From Octopus bimaculoides (taxonomy: Eukaryota): a DNA stretch of 64,000 nt. Where the stretch lies: the NCBI RefSeq assembly GCF_001194135.2, contig NC_068987.1, forward strand, positions 419,064 to 483,063. The letters run 5' to 3'. The translations under genes and the position numbers were made by a program. Below, in pieces: positions 14,030 to 27,190 of the stretch (position 1 is the first letter of the stretch; each line of letters starts with the position of its first letter). A model generated the notes under the pieces. That model saw only the letters and a program-made list of their open reading frames with translations, was not told the origin of the DNA and searched no databases.

Positions 14030-15330
14030 TTCATTACCACACACAGGTGCCATTCACACATCACCAAGCGCCAGGCCATGGCCACAGTCTCACTTAGCTT
14101 GATGTGTCTTCTCAAGCGCAGCAATTCGCTAGAGTCCCAGTCGCTTGTCTTTGCTTCTGTGAGACTCAAACATCTGAAGATCACATTTCACCACCTTGTT
14201 CCATATCTTCCTGGGTCTACTTCTTCCACAGATTCCTTCCACAATTAGAGACTTGCCCTTTTTTACACAGCTGTCCTCGTCCATGCACATCACAAGACCA
14301 TACCAGCATAGTCGTCCCTCCTTCACACCACATCTGATGCCTCTTATGCCTAACTTTTCTCTCGAGATGCTTACACTTTGTTAAACATGCACACTGACAT
14401 TGTGCATCCAGTGAAGCATACTGGCTTCATTTCTTTCAAGCCTACACACGTCTTCAGCAATCATGGCTCATATTTCACTTTGAGGGATAGGCCCTTTGTT
14501 ACAAAGGTAGAAGCTCCCTGAACTTTGCTCCACTTGTTCTAACAGCTGCACTCTCAGGGCATCCTCTTCCACTGCTGACTTGGTCACCTCAGCAATGGAA
14601 ACTGTCTACTAATTCTAAGTATTCCTCCTGGCATTTCACAAAAACCATTTTCTGTACATTTCTAGTATTTATTGCACTTTAACACCTGCCACACACAAAC
14701 ACTATTTTCCTTGTTAATCTTCTTCTAATATTGCTGCATCTCTTATGTGTCCATAGCTTGCACCAGGTACACCTTATGGAATTTCTACTTACACCTTTTC
14801 TACATGCTGGACAGAGCCATCTCCCTGAAGCGATTTCTGATTTCTCTGTTTTCCTTCTTACTAAGACTTTGGTCTTTGCTAAATGCACTCTAAATATTAA
14901 CTCTAAGGCCCTTTCATTCTAGACCTTGCTTCCACACCTGAAATTTCTTCTCTAGTTCTGGTAGGGATTTAGTTATAAGAATAAGGTCGTCAACATGGAG
15001 GAGCTCCCAAGGGCTTCTTAGCTTTAGGTCCTCCTGTGCCATGTGGTGCATTGGGCAGCAAGGCTTCTCCAATGTGGTCGGTCGCGGCAATTTCAGCTTC
15101 ATCCCATGAAATGTCAATGGCTTTGAGGTCATCGATGAAGGTGCAGTGCCAAGTCGCTTTTGGTTGCCCTTCTTTTCTCTTGCCATGCGGTGGCTTCCAC
15201 CGAATGGCTCCCAAGAGCAGAAAGTCTTAAATTCCTCTGTTATGGCCTGGATGATTATGATAAACAAGGGGGGGGGGCTGAGAACAGATCCCTGGTGAAC
15301 AGCTGACTTCAGTGCTATCCTCATTGCTAG
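14030..15330 (-). mobile_element. Degenerate RTE-clade LINE fragment (RT QGSVLSP, LHVDDL, KTKVL, PHD-like finger, C-terminus)
   Basis: ORFs 14914-15324, 14679-14888 and 14129-14326 (RLCWYGLVMCMDE...GRSRPRKIW), with stops and frameshifts. Confidence 0.88.
15015..15206 (-). mobile_element. 3' end of a second RTE family nested inside the first, with a 12-bp target-site duplication
   Basis: GKRKEGQPKATW..FIDDLKAIDISWDEAEIAA (RTE C-terminus). Flanked by GCTCCCAAGGGC (15003-15014) and GCTCCCAAGAGC (15207-15218). Interrupts host ITEEFKT/PWELL. Confidence 0.8.
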
Positions 15331-16231
15331 CCTTCACCCTTGAATCGGTTAAAATAATTTATACTTAGAATGAGAATCATAACTGTTGACTTAAAAATTA
15401 ATTAGTACTAATTAACATTTATACAAATTAGCTACTAATTAGAATCTATCTCAATTGTTTACATAATAACTAATTGGGGTTACTCTTAACTATTTAATTT
15501 ATAGCTAATTAAGATGAATCTTGTTTGCTTACATAATCGCTAATTATCATTATTACTGGACTGTAATCCATGATATGATGATTGATAACTTTTGGAGGTA
15601 TACTCGTGCCACGGTTGGGTCCAATCAGAAAGTATGGCACACGTACAAGAATTATAATTCCTTGTTGCTTATACGAAATGAAATGAATTGTAATTTTCTA
15701 GAGAAAAAATCTTTACTTTACAAAAAAATAAAATTTAATAAAATTTATCATTTGTATCTTGGCAATAAATATAAGTCATTATTTTTCTAAATTCTATCAA
15801 CTTGATTGCAATATGGCTTGCATGATGGAGATGCTGCTTTGGAACACTGATGTAAGGACAAGGGGACACACGGACACACATTGAACATGTGAACTTAACC
15901 TGTGCATGTTTTTTGTTCCTCCTGGCTCTCCTTTTCTCTCTTCCCATTCTCTCTCTCTCCCCTCAACTCTTCTCCAGGGTCCCATGAATGACCGCTCTGA
16001 AATGTTTTGATTTTTATTCCCTTCTTTAACATCAACTGGATAATATCAATTGTGAAAATCCCTTCAACTTTTCATGTCTTTTTTTTTGTATTTGTTTGGC
16101 TTCATTTGTTTATGTGTTTATATACACATACAGATAAAGGTATACATATATAAATATGTGCGTACACATAAATATACATACGTATTTATACACACACACA
16201 TATACACATAGGTATACACACTTCTTTGTAT

Positions 16232-16273
<42 letters not shown>

Positions 16274-16438
16274 AGCATAAAAGCTGAATATCCCACAGTG
16301 TTGGAAATGTGCATCCTGATATCCGTTAATCTATGGGAGATAAAACAAGGATTACAGGGATTATGTGTGTTCTTGGAGTAATGTTTCTTCCTTTTATATT
16401 CTGTCTCTCTGCTTCCCTCCCTGTGTGTGTGTATGTAT

Positions 16439-16485
<47 letters not shown>

Positions 16486-16489
<4 letters not shown>

Positions 16490-16755
16490 CGTTGCCAGTG
16501 CCCCTGGACTGGCTTGTGCGGGTGGCACATAAAAGACACCATTTCGAGCGTGGCCGTTTTCGTGCGGGTGACACGTAAAAGCACCCACTACACTCTCTGA
16601 GTGGTTGGCGTTAGGAAGGGCATCCAGCTGTAGAAACTCTGCCAAATCAGACTGGAGCCTGGTGTTGCCATCCGGTTTCACCAGTCCTCAGTCAAATCGT
16701 CCAACCCATGCTAGCATGGAAAGCGGACGTTAAACGATGATGATGATGATGATGA
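16486..16755 (+). mobile_element. Family B (RTE-type 3' tail element), young copy
   Basis: Nearly identical to 58833-59105. Ends ...GCGGACGTTAAACGATGATGATG and is homologous to the 3' end of the LINE at 6290-7600. Sits directly after a (TA)n run. Confidence 0.9.
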
Positions 16756-17043
16756 TCTACGTTTGTGTAGATGTACAAAAGCTTCATGCTTATTATAATT
16801 TCACATCCGTTTTCCTATGTTGGCATGGCTGGAAGCAGCTTAGGAATCCATTCTCACAGAGATCTATGTATTCTGATACAATATTTCTCTGTCGGTGTAC
16901 CATGGATTAGTTTTGTAAAATATATTTTCAATTTTTCCAAAAAATCTCCTTTAATTGCTTAAACATCCTCTCAATTTATCTTCTTAATAATTTTGTTAAA
17001 CAGACAAAATATAATTTATAAAAAAGGTAAGAATACTTTGTTA

Positions 17044-17451
17044 TTCTTTTACTCTTTTAATTGTTTCAGTCATTTGACTGTGGCCATGCTGGAGCACCGC
17101 CTTTAGTCAAAGAAATTGACCCCAGGACTTATTCTTTGTAAACATAGTACTTATCCTATCGGTATCTTTTGCCAAACCGCTAAGTTACGAGGGCGTAAAC
17201 ACACCAGCATCGATTGTCAAGTGATGTTAGGGGACAAACACAGACACACAAACATATACACACACATACATACATACATATATATATATATATACGACGG
17301 GCTTCTTTCAGTTTCCGTCTACCAAATCCGCTCACAAGGTTTCGGTCAGCCTGAAGCTATAGTAGAAGACACTTGCCCAAGGTGCCACGCAGTGGGACTG
17401 AACCCAGAACCATGTGGTTCATAAGCAAGCTACTTATCACACAGCCACTCC
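17044..17451 (-). mobile_element. SINE family A, near full length
   Basis: Full head-to-tail reverse-complement match to other copies, with central (TA/CA)n. Confidence 0.9.
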
Positions 17452-18716
17452 TTTATTTTGTAAATTTCTAACTTTAAAANNNNNNNNNNNNNNNNNNNNN
17501 NNNNNNNNNNNNNNNNNNNNNNNNNNNNNNNNNNNNNNNNNNNNNNNNNNNNNNNNNNNNNNNNNNNNNNNNNNNNNNNNNNNNNNNNNNNNNNNNNNNN
17601 NNNNNNNNNNNNNNNNNNNNNNNNNNNNNNNNNNNNNNNNNNNNNNNNNNNNNNNNNNNNNNNNNNNNNNNNNNNNNNNNNNNNNNNNNNNNNNNNNNNN
17701 NNNNNNNNNNNNNNNNNNNNNNNNNNNNNNNNNNNNNNNNNNNNNNNNNNNNNNNNNNNNNNNNNNNNNNNNNNGTGGTGGTGGTGGTGGTGGTGGGGAT
17801 TCCTTATCACATTTGTTATTGTCTGTGTCAACCCTCCACCCCACCCCTGGTAAAGGTGAACCCCCTCCCCCTCCCTTGTTAAAGGTTAAACCTCAAACCT
17901 AAACATTTTCTCCATATTAAAAACCCAGACACCTGTATTAATTGCGATTATAAGATCATGTACGGCCATCAAATAATAAAGCTGCATGGTTTGTGGTTAT
18001 TTACTTGATAATTTACATGGCTTGCAGTTCAGGTCTACCATTGCTGCACCTTGGCCATGTGTCTCCTTCATTACCTTGGGTCACCCAGACAATCTCGTGA
18101 AACTGCATGGGGACTTTTTGTTGGGAGCTGTTTTGGTTCTAGNNNNNNNNNNNNNNNNNNNNNNNNNNNNNNNNNNNNNNNNNNNNNNNNNNNNNNNNNN
18201 NNNNNNNNNNNNNNNNNNNNNNNNNNNNNNNNNNNNNNNNNNNNNNNNNNNNNNNNNNNNNNNNNNNNNNNNNNNNNNNNNNNNNNNNNNNNNNNNNNNN
18301 NNNNNNNNNNNNNNNNNNNNNNNNNNNNNNNNNNNNNNNNNNNNNNNNNNNNNNNNNNNNNNNNNNNNNNNNNNNNNNNNNNNNNNNNNNNNNNNNNNNN
18401 NNNNNNNNNNNNNNNNNNNNNNNNNNNNNNNNNNNNNNNNNNNNNNNNNNNNNNNNNNNNNNNNNNNNNNNNNNNNNNNNNNNNNNNNNNNNNNNNNNNN
18501 NNNNNNNNNNNNNNNNNNNNNNNNNNNNNNNNNNNNNNNNNNNNNNNNNNNNNNNNNNNNNNNNNNNNNNNNNNNNNNNNNNNNNNNNNNNNNNNNNNNN
18601 NNNNNNNNNNNNNNNNNNNNNNNNNNNNNNNNNNNNNNNNNNNNNNNNNNNNNNNNNNNNNNNNNNNNNNNNNNNNNNNNNNNNNNNNNNNNNNNNNNNN
18701 NNNNNNNNNNNNNNNN

Positions 18717-18750
<34 letters not shown>

Positions 18751-19996
18751 CTGATCAGTGATATTCTAATTATTGCAAAAACAAAAATAACAACAAACAA
18801 AAATAGTAAGCAAAAATGTAAATGTTCTGCCCCGCTCCCCAACCTAATTGTGTCCCACAGCCCCGTTTGTACTTAGTTACCTCCAACGAAGAACCTCTAA
18901 GACCAGACTTCAGGTTTGGTCATTGAAACACAGAGGTGCACACATCAAGCGAACACCATAAAGACTTGCATGGAATTTTATTTCTGAAATCATTCAAAGA
19001 AAGGGGTTCAAGAATTTGGGGGCAGCTGTTTGTGAGAATAAAAAAAAAATATTGGGAGATTTAAAACAGGTTTAGCAGAATTGGCAAAAATATTCCTAAT
19101 GAAAGTCACACTCCATGGAGAATGTTTGTCTTGTGACTCCCACATGAAAGCAAACATGGAAGGAACAAAACTAGGAACGAACATAATGACCTGTGTGTGG
19201 GGGTGGGGTGCGGGGTTTGAATGACTCATAAATAATGGGTGTGCAATGATGATGTAATTGTGTTTTAGTAGCAACAGACAATCATTGAGATCAAATCACT
19301 TGATAAAACAATTAACAAAAAAATACACTAATTAACATCAAGATGAAAGANNNNNNNNNNGGGGGACTGGATGCATGCACACACAAACATATGCATGCAC
19401 TTACACAATCTAGCATTAGGAGTGTGTGCGCGTATGGGTTTGGTGGTGGTGGTAGTGGTGGACGGTTTCAGAATCTTATTTTCCTAATTTGTACAGCCTC
19501 CCTGATACCTGCTCTTGTTTATTTATGTGTGTAAATATAGGATCATCCCTTTTTACCATTTCCACACTACACTGGTGTGTGTGTGCGTGTGAAGTGCAAC
19601 TCTATAGTTATTAGTGCACTCTTGGCTGTGTTAGTATGCACCCACTGGTATATTGCTCTGGTGTACACGTCACACACACACACACACACACACTTTCTCT
19701 CTCTTCTACACTCATACATGCACATAAACACACACTGAAGCATACACACGTCTCACACACACATTACATGCATATACTGTCATAGGCTTACATACAGTTT
19801 TGCATGCACGCACACAATGCAATTTCTTATTCACATATACAGTGTACAGCACACGCACACACATACATAGTTATAGATGTTGTATAACACAGCATAAGCA
19901 TACAAATACTCGCCATACCTATTATTACTTCCAACCCCCACCCACCTAGGGGAAAGGAGGGGGAGGGATTTTTAAAATTTATTACTTATCATCATA

Positions 19997-20382
19997 GGCA
20001 CAGGAGTGGTTTCCCAACCACATGGCTCCAGGTTCAGTCCCACTGCGTGGCATCTTGGGCAAGTGTCTTCAACTATAGCCTCGGGCCAACCAAAGCCTTG
20101 TGAGTGGATTTGGTGGACAGAAACTGGAAGAAGCCCATCGTATAGATGTATATATATGTATGTGTGTGTATATGTTTGTGTGTCTGTAGTTGTCCCCTCC
20201 TCCCAACATCACTTGACAACCGATGGTGGTGTGTTTACGTCCCCATAACTTAGTGGTTCGGCAAAAAAGACCGATAGAATAAATACCAAGCTTACAAAGT
20301 CCTGGGGTCGATTTGCTCGACTAAAGGCGGTGCTCCAGCATGGCCAGTCAAAAGACTGAAACAAGCAAAAGAGCAAAAGAGA
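19997..20382 (+). mobile_element. SINE family A
   Basis: GGTTCAGTCCC B-box, central TG tract, CAAAAGAG-repeat tail. Confidence 0.88.
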
Positions 20383-20677
20383 GTATGGTGATGATGGTTG
20401 TGATGATGATGGTTGTTTTGCATTCTTGTTACTTCTCCCTCTCCCCCCTTCACCCCCCTCCTACAAATGTTTTTAACTTCACTGATTTATTCTTTAAAAC
20501 TCATATTTTTAAATAAACTAAACCACCCAGTTGTCATAGCAACTGCTGTAAATTAAAACAAGTTTAGGTGGTGGTGGTAGTGGTAGTGGTGGTGGTTGTG
20601 CTTCATGATTTTAATCTCCACTGTTAATCACTCCACCACCGCCTTTATTAAAACCACCACCACTGCCATTGCTGTAA

Positions 20678-20749
20678 CCATCATCACCATCATCACCATC
20701 ATCACCATCATCACCATCATCACCATCATCACCATCATCACCATCATCA
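20678..20749 (+). repeat. (ACCATCATC)8
   Basis: Read directly. Confidence 0.9.
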
Positions 20750-21448
20750 CCTCAACACAGCAACCCTAACCCCCCCTCCCACCACAGTCTGTATTGAATT
20801 ACTTCAAGTGTGGGAGACACTGCTGAANNNNNNNNNNNNNNNNNNNNNNNNNNNNNNNNNNNNNNNNNNNNNNNNNNNNNNNNNNNNNNNNNNNNNNNNN
20901 NNNNNNNNNNNNNNNNNNNNNNNNNNNNNNNNNNNNNNNNNNNNNNNNNNNNNNNNNNNNNNNNNNNNNNNNNNNNNNNNNNNNNNNNNNNNNNNNNNNN
21001 NNNNNNNNNNNNNNNNNNNNNNNNNNNNNNNNNNNNNNNNNNNNNNNNNNNNNNNNNNNNNNNNNNNNNNNNNNNNNNNNNNNNNNNNNNNNNNNNNNNN
21101 NNNNNNNNNNNNNNNNNNNNNNNNNNNNNNNNNNNNNNNNNNNNNNNNNNNNNNNNNNNNNNNNNNNNNNNNNNNNNNNNNNNNNNNNNNNNNNNNNNNN
21201 NNNNNNNNNNNNNNNNNNNNNNNNNNNNNNNNNNNNNNNNNNNNNNNNNNNNNNNNNNNNNNNNNNNNNNNNNNNNNCATTCTCCTTAAGAAAGGGAAGA
21301 AGACACAAACCAAAAAAGGAACCTCTGTGGTGGTAACTGAACCAGCTAAAAATAGCAGCCAAAATCTCCTTCAGATTATACACTGTATGAAGAAAATCAG
21401 ACACTGGGGAATATTGGACTATACACACACACACACACACACATGTAT

Positions 21449-21843
21449 AGGTACATGAGTGGCTGTGTGGTAAGAAGCTTGCTTCCCAACCACATGGTTC
21501 TAGGTTCAGTCCCACTGCATGGCACCTTGAGCAAGTGTCTTCTACTATAGCCTTGGGTCGACCAAAGCCTTGTGAGTGGATTTGGTAGACGGAAACTGAA
21601 AGAAACCTGTTGCATGTATGTATGTATGTATGTATTAGTGTGTATGTGTGTGTTTGTCCCCCCACCATCGCTTGACAACCGACGTTGATGTGTTTATGTC
21701 TCCATCACTTAGTGGTTCAGCAAAAAGTATCCAATAGAAAAAGTAATGTTTACAAAGAGTAAGTCCTGGGGTCAATTTGCTTGACTAAAAGCGGTGCTCC
21801 AGCATGGCCACAGTCAAATAACTGAAACAAAAGAATAAAAGAG
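21449..21843 (+). mobile_element. SINE family A
   Basis: TGGCTGTGTGG A-box, GGTTCAGTCCC B-box, conserved tail. Confidence 0.9.
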
Positions 21844-21865
21844 TATATATCTTCTGTCTTGTTAG

Positions 21866-22237
21866 AATCATTGGATTACAGCCATGCTGGGGCACTATCT
21901 TGAAATATATTTAGTTGAATTTAATCAACCCCAGTGCTTAGTTTTTTAAAACCTGTTACTTATTCTGTTGGTCTTTTTTGCTGAACCACTAAGTTAGATG
22001 GATGTAAAAACACACCATCAATTGTCAAGTAGTGGGGGGGGGGGAACAAACACTAACACAAAGACACGTGCACACATATATGAGAGGCTTCTTTTCAGTT
22101 TCCGTCTACCAAATCCATTGACAAGGCTTTGGTTGGCCTGAGACGATAGTAGAAAGCATTTGCCCAAGGTGCCATGCAGTGGGACTGAACCTGGAGCCAT
22201 GCGGTTGGGAAGCAAACTTCTTACCACACAGCCATGA
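21866..22237 (-). mobile_element. SINE family A (diverged), tail-to-tail with the preceding copy
   Basis: Reverse-complement homology over ~370 bp. Confidence 0.85.
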
Positions 22238-22793
22238 TCCTTACATCTATCAACACAATTGCATCTTGAAGTATATCAGGGGAAGTGTCCTTCATTATTT
22301 AAAGCAGTAGAATGTGATAGTGGGTGTAATGGCTGTTATTTCTTGCAGGTCAAAAGACCACACTGAAGACCCTTGTTAGGGGATGAAAGGGAGAGAGTAT
22401 GTGTGTGTATGTGTAGTGATGGTGGTGATGTATGTGGAACAGGTCTGTCAAGCTGGGTGGGGTAGGGGTGGCGGGTGTGGTGCAATGCCTGTGATAAGGG
22501 CAACCATGTTGAACACAGACTGTGCAACTCTCTTAATCGCTTTTCTCTGTTTTCCTAATGACTTCAGCTAATCTATTCAGAAGAAATACTTGGTAATGAT
22601 GTGGAGAGGGCTACACCATGGGGGTCCTTTGTGTTGGTGTGTGTGTGTGTGCAAATTGCACTGAGGTCACCATTGCCCTAGGGTCACACAACCACTCTAA
22701 ATATTTGCTGCTGTCACCACCACCACCACCAGCATGCTGTCTTCTTTCCCCCAAGTATTAGCCTTTCTCGTCTTACACCATATGTATATTTGT

Positions 22794-22832
<39 letters not shown>

Positions 22833-22848
22833 ATACATATATGTATAC

Positions 22849-22912
<64 letters not shown>

Positions 22913-23305
22913 TATATAAATATACACACACGTATGTATTTATGTAAGTAGTTTACACACACACGTTTACACCCTGTTACATGCAGCAGTACCTCTGTAC
23001 ACATCATTCTTCCTACTGAAACACACACACACACACACTGCATCTGGTTTCCTTCCTTCCGTTCTCTTCCACTCCCTCCTCTTCCCTCCCAGCTGCAGCA
23101 GCAGTTACTGTTCTTGTTGTTGTTGTACCTGCTGTTTTGTTGCCTTGGCAACTGTCAAACTACTTGCGTTAAAGCCCTGCTTCCTTTCCGTGTGTTTGTG
23201 TGTTACTCTGTGTGTTTGTGTGTGTGAAAGAAAGGAAGGAATGTCATTGACTCTCTAAGTGTTGTTGCTGTTGTTACTTTGTCCTCGCTGACCAAACACT
23301 TAATT

Positions 23306-23480
23306 TGTTGTTGTTTAACCCCAGGTCTCTTCTGATCCAATAGACCTATGATCAAAAACATTCCAACTATGACCTTCCCCGTCTATTTTCAACAATTGTT
23401 TATCCTTCAGTGTTTCCAGCTTTAAGATGATGTCATTTGAAAGGTATTTGGCTGCTATTTTTAGCCAGGCCCATACATCT
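23306..23480. mobile_element. Abundant dispersed repeat family D (TTGTTGTTTAACCCCAGGTC...GACCTATGATCAAAG.CATTCCAGC.ATGACC...TTTGGCTGCTATTTCTAGC)
   Basis: Recurs in both orientations at ~270-490, 2545-2640, 11380-11520, 34510-34680, 38010-38180, 38300-38520, 39320-39560, 43810-43950, 50850-51000, 59690-59870. Class not determined. Confidence 0.7.
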
Positions 23481-23534
23481 GGCTGTGTTGTGAATTTCTT
23501 CTTGGAGTTGATATTTTTGGTGGGACAGCACGAG

Positions 23535-24004
23535 ATAATAATAATAATAATGATAATGATTTTAAATTATGGCACAAGGCCTGAAATTTTGGGGGTGGGG
23601 CTCGTCGATTATATCAACTGCAGTGTGCAACTGGTATCTATTTTATTGACTATGATAGGGTGTATGGCAAAGTCGACCTTGGCAGAATTTGAACTCAGAC
23701 TGTAACGGCAGATGAAATACCACCAAGCATTTCACCCGTTGTGCTAACGATTCTGTGCTAACGATTCTGTGCTAACGATTCTGTGCTAACGATTCTGTGC
23801 TAACGATTGTGCTAACGATTCTGTGCTAACGATTGTGCTAACGATTCTGTGCTAACGATTCTGTGCTAACGATTCTGTGCTAACGATTCTGTGCTAACGA
23901 TTCTGTGCTAACGATTCTGTGCTAACGATTCTGTGCTAACGATTCTGTGCTAACGATTCTGTGCTAACGATTCTGTGCTAACGATTCTGCCAGTTTGCCA
24001 CTTT
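23535..24004 (-). mobile_element. tRNA-headed SINE family C with an expanded 14-bp array in its head
   Basis: Minus strand reads TGGCAGAATCGTTAGCAC...GAGTTCAAATTCTGCCAAGGTCGACTTTGCC, with a (TTA)n tail. Other copies at ~24040-24175 (-), 26740-26945, 44295-44440, 50590-50800, 52750-52880 (-), 59330-59400 (-), 59430-59570. Confidence 0.8.
23741..23988 (+). repeat. Tandem array of GTGCTAACGATTCT: 16 x 14-bp units plus 2 x 12-bp variants
   Basis: Read directly. 248 bp, no spacers. Confidence 0.95.
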
Positions 24005-26259
24005 AGTAACAATAATGATAGTAAAGATTCTTTCTACGATAGACACAAGGCGCAAAATTCTAGGGGATGGAGGGAGGCCAGTCAGTTACATTATTAACCC
24101 CCAGTACTTAACTGGTATTTTATTAATGCTGAAAGAATGAATGAGCAAAGCCAACCTTGGCAGGATTTGAACTCCTGGCAGCACACTGAACCAAACAATT
24201 TTGCTTGGTCACTGCTTAGTGAGAAACTCTTGAATACTCCTCCAAAAGACATGTGAATTGCTCTCACAATTTGATATTCCCTTCTGTGGAAAAGGGACCT
24301 GCTTCAATGAAATGCTAAAAGGATTCCAGAAAAAATCAGAACCATTCACTGTTGCAGAAATACAAATTGAAACTCTGATCTAATATTTTGCCAATATCTG
24401 TCCAGAAGTGAAAGACTATTGTGAAGAATGGAAACTTGAATTTTAGGCAATTCTTGATAATTGATAATGATAAGCAAAGGGAGGTCTTCTGGACAAGACA
24501 TTTTGGGAACTGTGAATTGTTTCATGAGAGAAAATCCACCCCCCAAATACTGAAGGCAGTTGATGTGTTGTTGAGGAAGAACCAGAGATTGAACCTTTGT
24601 CCTAGATCTTATCACTTTGCTCTCATTTCTCACTGTTTGATTAAAGTAATGCTGAGTTGATTAGTATATGTGTGATTAAAGTTCATTAATTAATCCAGTT
24701 TTATAATTTTATTGTAATACTGGATCTTAATCAAGCTTGTTTGCTAATTTTACGAAAACTTAAGAAAAAAACAATGTGCAACAATTGTATTGTGTCAAGT
24801 TATCTAAAGATGTTAAGTTCTTTGAGGATGCATCAACGAGTCTGTGGAATTGGTTTCACCTTCTAATATGTTCCCAACACTGTTGAAACTAGCACAGGTC
24901 TCTTCTGCTATGTCAATCTGAGAGTAGTTAGCCATGGTTTCAAGGTGTTTGAAGAATGTATCTGGGTTATTAACTGAGGTATTCTGCATTAAACATACAT
25001 GTGTATATAAATTTATAAGCACATTATCCCTATCTGTCCATCTCTATTCCAAATCAACAACAACAATAGTAATGATGATGATGATGATGAGAGATTAACC
25101 CCCAGATTATGCTCCTAGTGTAGACCCCGTTGCTAAAAGATAAGCTGTTGAGTCATAAAATTCTCACTGCTTTATTGAGGAGAACCAGTTTATTTTATTG
25201 TAATCTTCTGTGAAAACCTGGCCTGCTGGCTCTGTTCCCTCTCCCCCCNNNNNNNNNNNNNNNNNNNNNNNNNNNNNNNNNNNNNNNNNNNNNNNNNNNN
25301 NNNNNNNNNNNNNNNNNNNNNNNNNNNNNNNNNNNNNNNNNNNNNNNNNNNNNNNNNNNNNNNNNNNNNNNNNNNNNNNNNNNNNNNNNNNNNNNNNNNN
25401 NNNNNNNNNNNNNNNNNNNNNNNNNNNNNNNNNNNNNNNNNNNNNNNNNNNNNNNNNNNNNNNNNNNNNNNNNNNNNNNNNNNNNNNNNNNNNNNNNNNN
25501 NNNNNNNNNNNNNNNNNNNNNNNNNNNNNNNNNNNNNNNNNNNNNNNNNNNNNNNNNNNNNNNNNNNNNNNNNNNNNNNNNNNACTCACACTATCACTGA
25601 TCACCCCCACTACCAACCCCCTATGCAAGTTGATAAATGAATATCCAGTTTCTAACCCTGTTGCTGTATCTTACACAGGTATGTTGAGTTCAGGGACCAA
25701 ACTGGTTGTGTGGATCAAGTCAGATATTAGTTTTAAACCAATGGGTTGTAAGATCAAATCCACTTCTGGTGCTCTTGGAGTAATTAGTGATAGATTTCTA
25801 ACAGATCAATCACTGGTTTATTGCTTTTCTGTCTTAAAACAGGAATACTGCCCATGATCTTTATGGTCCTAGAGACACTTGAATGAATGTAAGACAGAAT
25901 GATTCCAGCTAAAATATCTTTGATCATAGAGTTAGGTGGATCAAGCTTGACCTGGGGTTCAACAACAACACATTTCAGTTTAGAAGGTGAAGCCATTCAA
26001 TAGAAGAGCAACCACCATACAACTGTCATTTTGTTCTGTTGTTGCTAGGAGACAATGGTTGAAAGTATTGTAATGAATTTATTGAGAGTTATCAGTGGTC
26101 AAGCAGATGCTGTTGATATGTGGTCACACATGTACCCACATCCTGCTAACTAAGCAGCGTTACTAATGCCTCCTCCATTCCTGGCTTTTTGACAAACTGT
26201 CTGCTTTGGGGGTGGGATGAGGAGACAAGTGTGTGGTGTACAGGGACAAGTTAATGTAT

Positions 26260-26295
<36 letters not shown>

Positions 26296-26538
26296 GAAGA
26301 ACCAATCATTTTTATGGATGAGGATTTTGTGTTTACAATGATACACACACACACATCGCTACACACCACACATGATTTTATTGCATACAAAGCACATCAC
26401 ATGCACATTACAATGCACTACCCCTCACCATTACATCATGTCATTCACTGCCCCACCCCCACACACATGTTACATAAAACACTACGCGACTCACATGCAA
26501 CTCACAGCTGACAAAATTCATCGCAATAACATTAAATT

Positions 26539-26600
<62 letters not shown>

Positions 26601-26964
26601 CATCAATAATTTACATTACAACAACTGTTACTACTACTACTACTACCACCCCTCCTCCTTACATGTATATATCATGACGAGGTTGTTGGGAAAGACTTTT
26701 TTTTTTTTATTCTATATTGTATTTCAAGAGTTCTTATGAGAGGAAAGTGGCAGAAGTGTTTTCGTGACAGGCAAAATGCTTAGCAACATTTTGTTTGTCC
26801 TTATGTTCTGAATTCAAATTCTGCCGAGGTTGACTTGGCCTTTCAGGAATTGATAAAATAACTACCAGTTGACCACTGGGGGTCAATCTAATCAAATTAC
26901 CCCTCCCCTAAAATTGCTGGTCTTGTGCCAGAATTTGAAATCAATTTTTAAATTTAGGGGACCT

Positions 26965-27190
26965 AACAGGAGTATCCTGGAATAATCTCTCTTTCAGACT
27001 ACTCTTAGTCTAATCTACCTTTCAGGATATCCCTATCAGAGTACTCTTAGTCTAATCTACCTTTCAGGATACCTCTCTATTAATCTCTCTTTCATGATAC
27101 CCTGGATTAATTTACCTTTTAGGGTACCCCTAGATTTACTTACTTTCCAAGGGTACCCTAGCTTATCTCTTATTCAAAAGTACATTTGCA
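26965..27190 (+). repeat. Degenerate minisatellite, with a near-exact AGAGTACTCTTAGTCTAATCTACCTTTCAGGATA duplication
   Basis: Recurring GGATACCC...TAATCTACCTTTCA-like units. Confidence 0.6.

Noticed and set aside
23741-23988. CRISPR-like array
   Set aside because: Contiguous units with no spacers, no cas genes, eukaryotic context; it is a tandem repeat.
24813-25022. Protein-like 69-aa minus ORF with a possible AG acceptor, and a stop-interrupted frame at ~24250-24450 (+)
   Set aside because: No recognisable domain or partner exons; cannot be supported without a homology search.
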